Shown here in pieces: positions 61,217 to 64,000 of a stretch of 64,000 nt of DNA. Under the pieces are notes generated by a model that worked only from the letters and a program-made list of their open reading frames with translations, was not told where the DNA came from and did no database searches. Position numbers and translations under genes: made by a program. Position 1 is the stretch's first letter, and each line of letters starts with the position of its first letter. The DNA comes from Candidatus Poribacteria bacterium (GTDB lineage Bacteria > Poribacteria > WGA-4E > WGA-3G): positions 1,792,001-1,856,000 of the forward strand of contig OZ251518.1 in the NCBI GenBank assembly GCA_965242965.1. The letters run 5' to 3'.

Positions 61217-62170
61217 GTGAGACAACCTCAAACAACCGCTAGGAAATACGAAAAAATTCAACTCATGATTGTCGGTGTGCAGAAAGCCGGCACGTCTTCG
61301 CTGCTCCGGTATTTAGCGCAGCATCCCGACATCGCCACGCATGCACAGCCGGAGATGACGTTCTTCCTCCAAGACAGGGAATATACGCGAGGCTATGAAT
61401 GGGCATTTGATAAATACTTCGCTAGAACGTTGTTACCAGAGCAACTCCCTCACAAACGTAGCGCGAGTGCCTGTTCCTCGCCATGCCGACTCATAGCGAA
61501 AAACGTGATGGTGATGCACTCGCCGGAAATCATGCAACGGATTTATGAGCATAATCCGGACATCCACCTCGTCATTCTGTTACGGGAGCCGGTGGCGCGG
61601 GCGTATTCGGCATATTGGTGGGCGCGACGCAGAGGTTGGGAAACGCTTGAAACCTTTGAGGCAGCACTCGCCGCTGAGGAAGCACGGATAGCCCAAGAAG
61701 GCTGGTTTAAATGGCGGCAGTGCGCCTATCGCCACAACAGCACTTACTACCCGCACGTCAAAAATGTGCTAGAACAGTTTGGACACGAACGGGTTCACAT
61801 CCTCTTAACCGAGGCGTTAAAGGACGACGCGCAATCGGTATGCCAAGGGCTCTTTCGCAACATCGGAGTCAACGCCGATTTCACGCCTGTCATCGGGCAA
61901 CGGCATAATACGGGCACCACGATGCCGCGTTCCGAGAAGTTCGGCTTCCTATTCACGCAATTTATGGCATCGCACAACCTGTTGCGCCGCGCAATTCGCA
62001 AATTGGTGCCGGATGCCACCGCCTATAAACTGCGAAAAGCGGTGATGAATTGGAACGAAAAATCCTTCACACCGCCGCCGATCTCGTCGCAAACGCAGGC
62101 GGAATTGGCGGCATATTTTGAGCCGTTTAATCAACAACTCAAGGCATTGTTGGAACGGGAACTCTGGTAA
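61217..62170 (+). CDS. Sulfotransferase with an in-frame REP insertion
   Basis: GVQKAGTSS, EMTFF, LREPVARAYS; GTG start after GGGAG. Confidence 0.92.
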   Translation: MRQPQTTARKYEKIQLMIVGVQKAGTSSLLRYLAQHPDIATHAQPEMTFFLQDREYTRGYEWAFDKYFARTLLPEQLPHKRSASACSSPCRLIAKNVMVMHSPEIMQRIYEHNPDIHLVILLREPVARAYSAYWWARRRGWETLETFEAALAAEEARIAQEGWFKWRQCAYRHNSTYYPHVKNVLEQFGHERVHILLTEALKDDAQSVCQGLFRNIGVNADFTPVIGQRHNTGTTMPRSEKFGFLFTQFMASHNLLRRAIRKLVPDATAYKLRKAVMNWNEKSFTPPPISSQTQAELAAYFEPFNQQLKALLERELW

Positions 62171-62183
62171 TGCTTAGTTCAGC

Positions 62184-62454
62184 GAGGGTGTTTCATAAAT
62201 CGCTCCACGTCGCGGGGACAGGCCCCGCGCTACGGGGAAAAAACGCCGCCCCTTCACGTAGGGCGAGGGCCTGTCCCTCGCCATCGTTTTGCTGTTAGGC
62301 CGCATCCCCCCTGTAGGTCAGGATCGCCTGATCCTGACCCGTTCGAGATCGGGCGATCTCGAACTACAGAGGTGGGCCCAATGCCTTTTTCTATCGGTAT
62401 TCGCCTGTCCCCCAAGGGAGGATAAATACCGAAATGGAGTTATGAAACACCCTC
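62184..62454. mobile_element. MITE (271 bp), inverted homolog of 59241-59449
   Basis: Same 15-bp TIRs; flanks AGTTCAGC / AGTTAAGT match at 6 of 8 positions. Confidence 0.82.
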
Positions 62455-62533
62455 AGTTAAGTGGAAGCGAGACCAGGAGGGCTCTCCTACTGGGGGATAT
62501 CAGAATCGGTAAGGCTCTCCTATAGGTATTGAT

Positions 62534-63883
62534 ATGGGCATCATCTATTTTCTCACGGGATACGTCGCTTTTGAAGAGTTCATGCTGAAATTCCTGCCGG
62601 TCAGCGATGCGGTTTACTCCTATCTCAGGTTCTTCGGCGAGATGCTCATCTACGCGGCGTTCGGACGCATGGTTATCCATAAACTCTATCGCGGCATCCC
62701 GTTCGTCAAAACGCCGTTGGACCTGCCCATCATCGGTTTCTATAGCGTTGTGGTGCTGTCGATGCTGATTAACCGTTCGCCGTTGATAGGAAGCCTCTAT
62801 AACATTCGCCCGTTCGCGCGCTATATCGTGCTCTTCTATGTCATCGCGAATTCACCGTTGTCCGAGAGACGGATTGCGACGCTTTTGCGGATAATCCTGG
62901 GTGTCGGCATCTTCCAACTCACGGCAGGGATAGTTCAGTGGATAGGCGGCTCCGCGGCGTTTGACTTCTTTCTCCCTCGCGAATCAACGCTTGAAGTCGG
63001 TGGGTTTACCAAAGAATACCGCTTATTAGAACTCGGCAGGGAAATTGGCAGTATTTACGGCACTTTAGGGGATACCGTAATTTACGGCGTGTTCATGATT
63101 ATCGTGCTCATCGTCTATCTCTCGCGCGTCAGGCGGTTGGAATACCTGAACCTGCTCGGTGTAGGCGTGCTATTTTTCTTTATCGCGCGCTCCTATTCCC
63201 GCGCTGCCACCTTTTCGGCGATTCTCGCGTGCGTGGCATGGTATTACTTCCAATACGGCTGGAAAAAGACGCTCCGTCTCTCTCTCACTGTCGTGATAAG
63301 TTTCAGCATTCTGCTGGCAATCGTGAATCCATTCAACTTGGAATACGTCAACCCGCGCAAAGCGAGAGTGGGTATGGCAGGCAATATCACGGGTGTCTTT
63401 TCCGGTGACTATGTGCGCGTCGCACAGAAACAGCGGCTCGGCGCGCTGATTGGGAATGTGCCCACCGTTCTCGTCAATAAACCGATTTTAGGATACGGCG
63501 CAGACCAGAATATGACGATTGAAAGACTCAACATGAGCCAACGTTCGTTCCTCCTGAAAGTGCTGAGTAAAAACGGCTTCAAAGATGTCTACTGGGTGGC
63601 GATTTTGTGTTTCTATGGGGTGTTGGGGCTCGTGCTGTTTGCGTTAATCTTTTACCGTCTCTTCACGGCGGCGTTGCGGCTCTATAGGCGCAACGTGCAC
63701 GGATACACGAAGGATATCGCCATGGTGATGCTGTGCCTCGTCGTCGTCACAGTGTTCCTGCTTTTCTTTAATCGGACGCTTGAATTCCGGGGATATGGGT
63801 TCTATTTCTGGTTGTGTGCGGGGCTCATGTTCGCCAGCGATTCGGCGTGCGAAACTTATCGAGGGTTGCGGATTCGGTTGTGA
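62534..63883 (+). CDS. O-antigen polymerase/ligase-like (Wzy/WaaL) membrane protein
   Basis: Multi-TM; SYSRAA, PILGYG, YGVLGL. Confidence 0.85.
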   Translation: MGIIYFLTGYVAFEEFMLKFLPVSDAVYSYLRFFGEMLIYAAFGRMVIHKLYRGIPFVKTPLDLPIIGFYSVVVLSMLINRSPLIGSLYNIRPFARYIVLFYVIANSPLSERRIATLLRIILGVGIFQLTAGIVQWIGGSAAFDFFLPRESTLEVGGFTKEYRLLELGREIGSIYGTLGDTVIYGVFMIIVLIVYLSRVRRLEYLNLLGVGVLFFFIARSYSRAATFSAILACVAWYYFQYGWKKTLRLSLTVVISFSILLAIVNPFNLEYVNPRKARVGMAGNITGVFSGDYVRVAQKQRLGALIGNVPTVLVNKPILGYGADQNMTIERLNMSQRSFLLKVLSKNGFKDVYWVAILCFYGVLGLVLFALIFYRLFTAALRLYRRNVHGYTKDIAMVMLCLVVVTVFLLFFNRTLEFRGYGFYFWLCAGLMFASDSACETYRGLRIRL

Positions 63884-63896
63884 ATCGCGGTAACCC

Positions 63897-63963
63897 GTAG
63901 TGCGAGGGCCTGTCCCTCGCGAACGCCGATTCAACCCGTAGCGCGAGGGCCTGTCCCTCGCGA
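63897..63963. repeat. REP pair
   Basis: GTAGYGCGAGGGCCTGTCCCTCGCG twice. Confidence 0.85.
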
Positions 63964-64000
63964 TCTCATGCATGTTGCGGATAAAGAATTGACAACCGAT

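Overview
Bacterial chromosomal window, most likely from Candidatus Poribacteria or a relative. That assignment is an inference from the secreted proteins carrying dockerin and 'NxPNPFNPETWIPYQL' FlgD-like C-terminal domains, the WD40 and TPR proteins, and the carbohydrate enzymes. Recognisable content: a tetrapyrrole cluster (hemB, hemL, polyprenyl synthase, sirC-like, ccsA/hemX-like, hemA, hemC, cobA-hemD); moaA followed by a SUF Fe-S cluster (sufC, sufB, sufD, glutaredoxin, sufS, sufU, Rieske ferredoxin, SufT-like, DUF971, rhodanese); catabolic oxidoreductases and hydrolases; five paralogous secreted DUF3108/TapB-like proteins; an orphan methyltransferase-nuclease; and part of a sulfated surface-polysaccharide locus. 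The most unusual signal is a multi-layered system of non-coding repeats. (i) At least five GTAG-headed REP-like palindrome families form mosaics in many intergenic gaps. (ii) The same REPs are inserted in frame in several intact genes, including hemC. (iii) A ~170-bp four-palindrome element, with three length-constrained but variable spacers, occurs in 7 full copies. (iv) A MITE with 15-bp terminal inverted repeats carries REP cargo, and one copy has a perfect 8-bp target-site duplication. Also notable are three tandem sigma70 promoters driving a highly structured ~550-nt leader, and an in-frame UGA separating a WD40 domain from its dockerin/C-terminal domain. No rRNA, tRNA, CRISPR-Cas or transposase gene was found.
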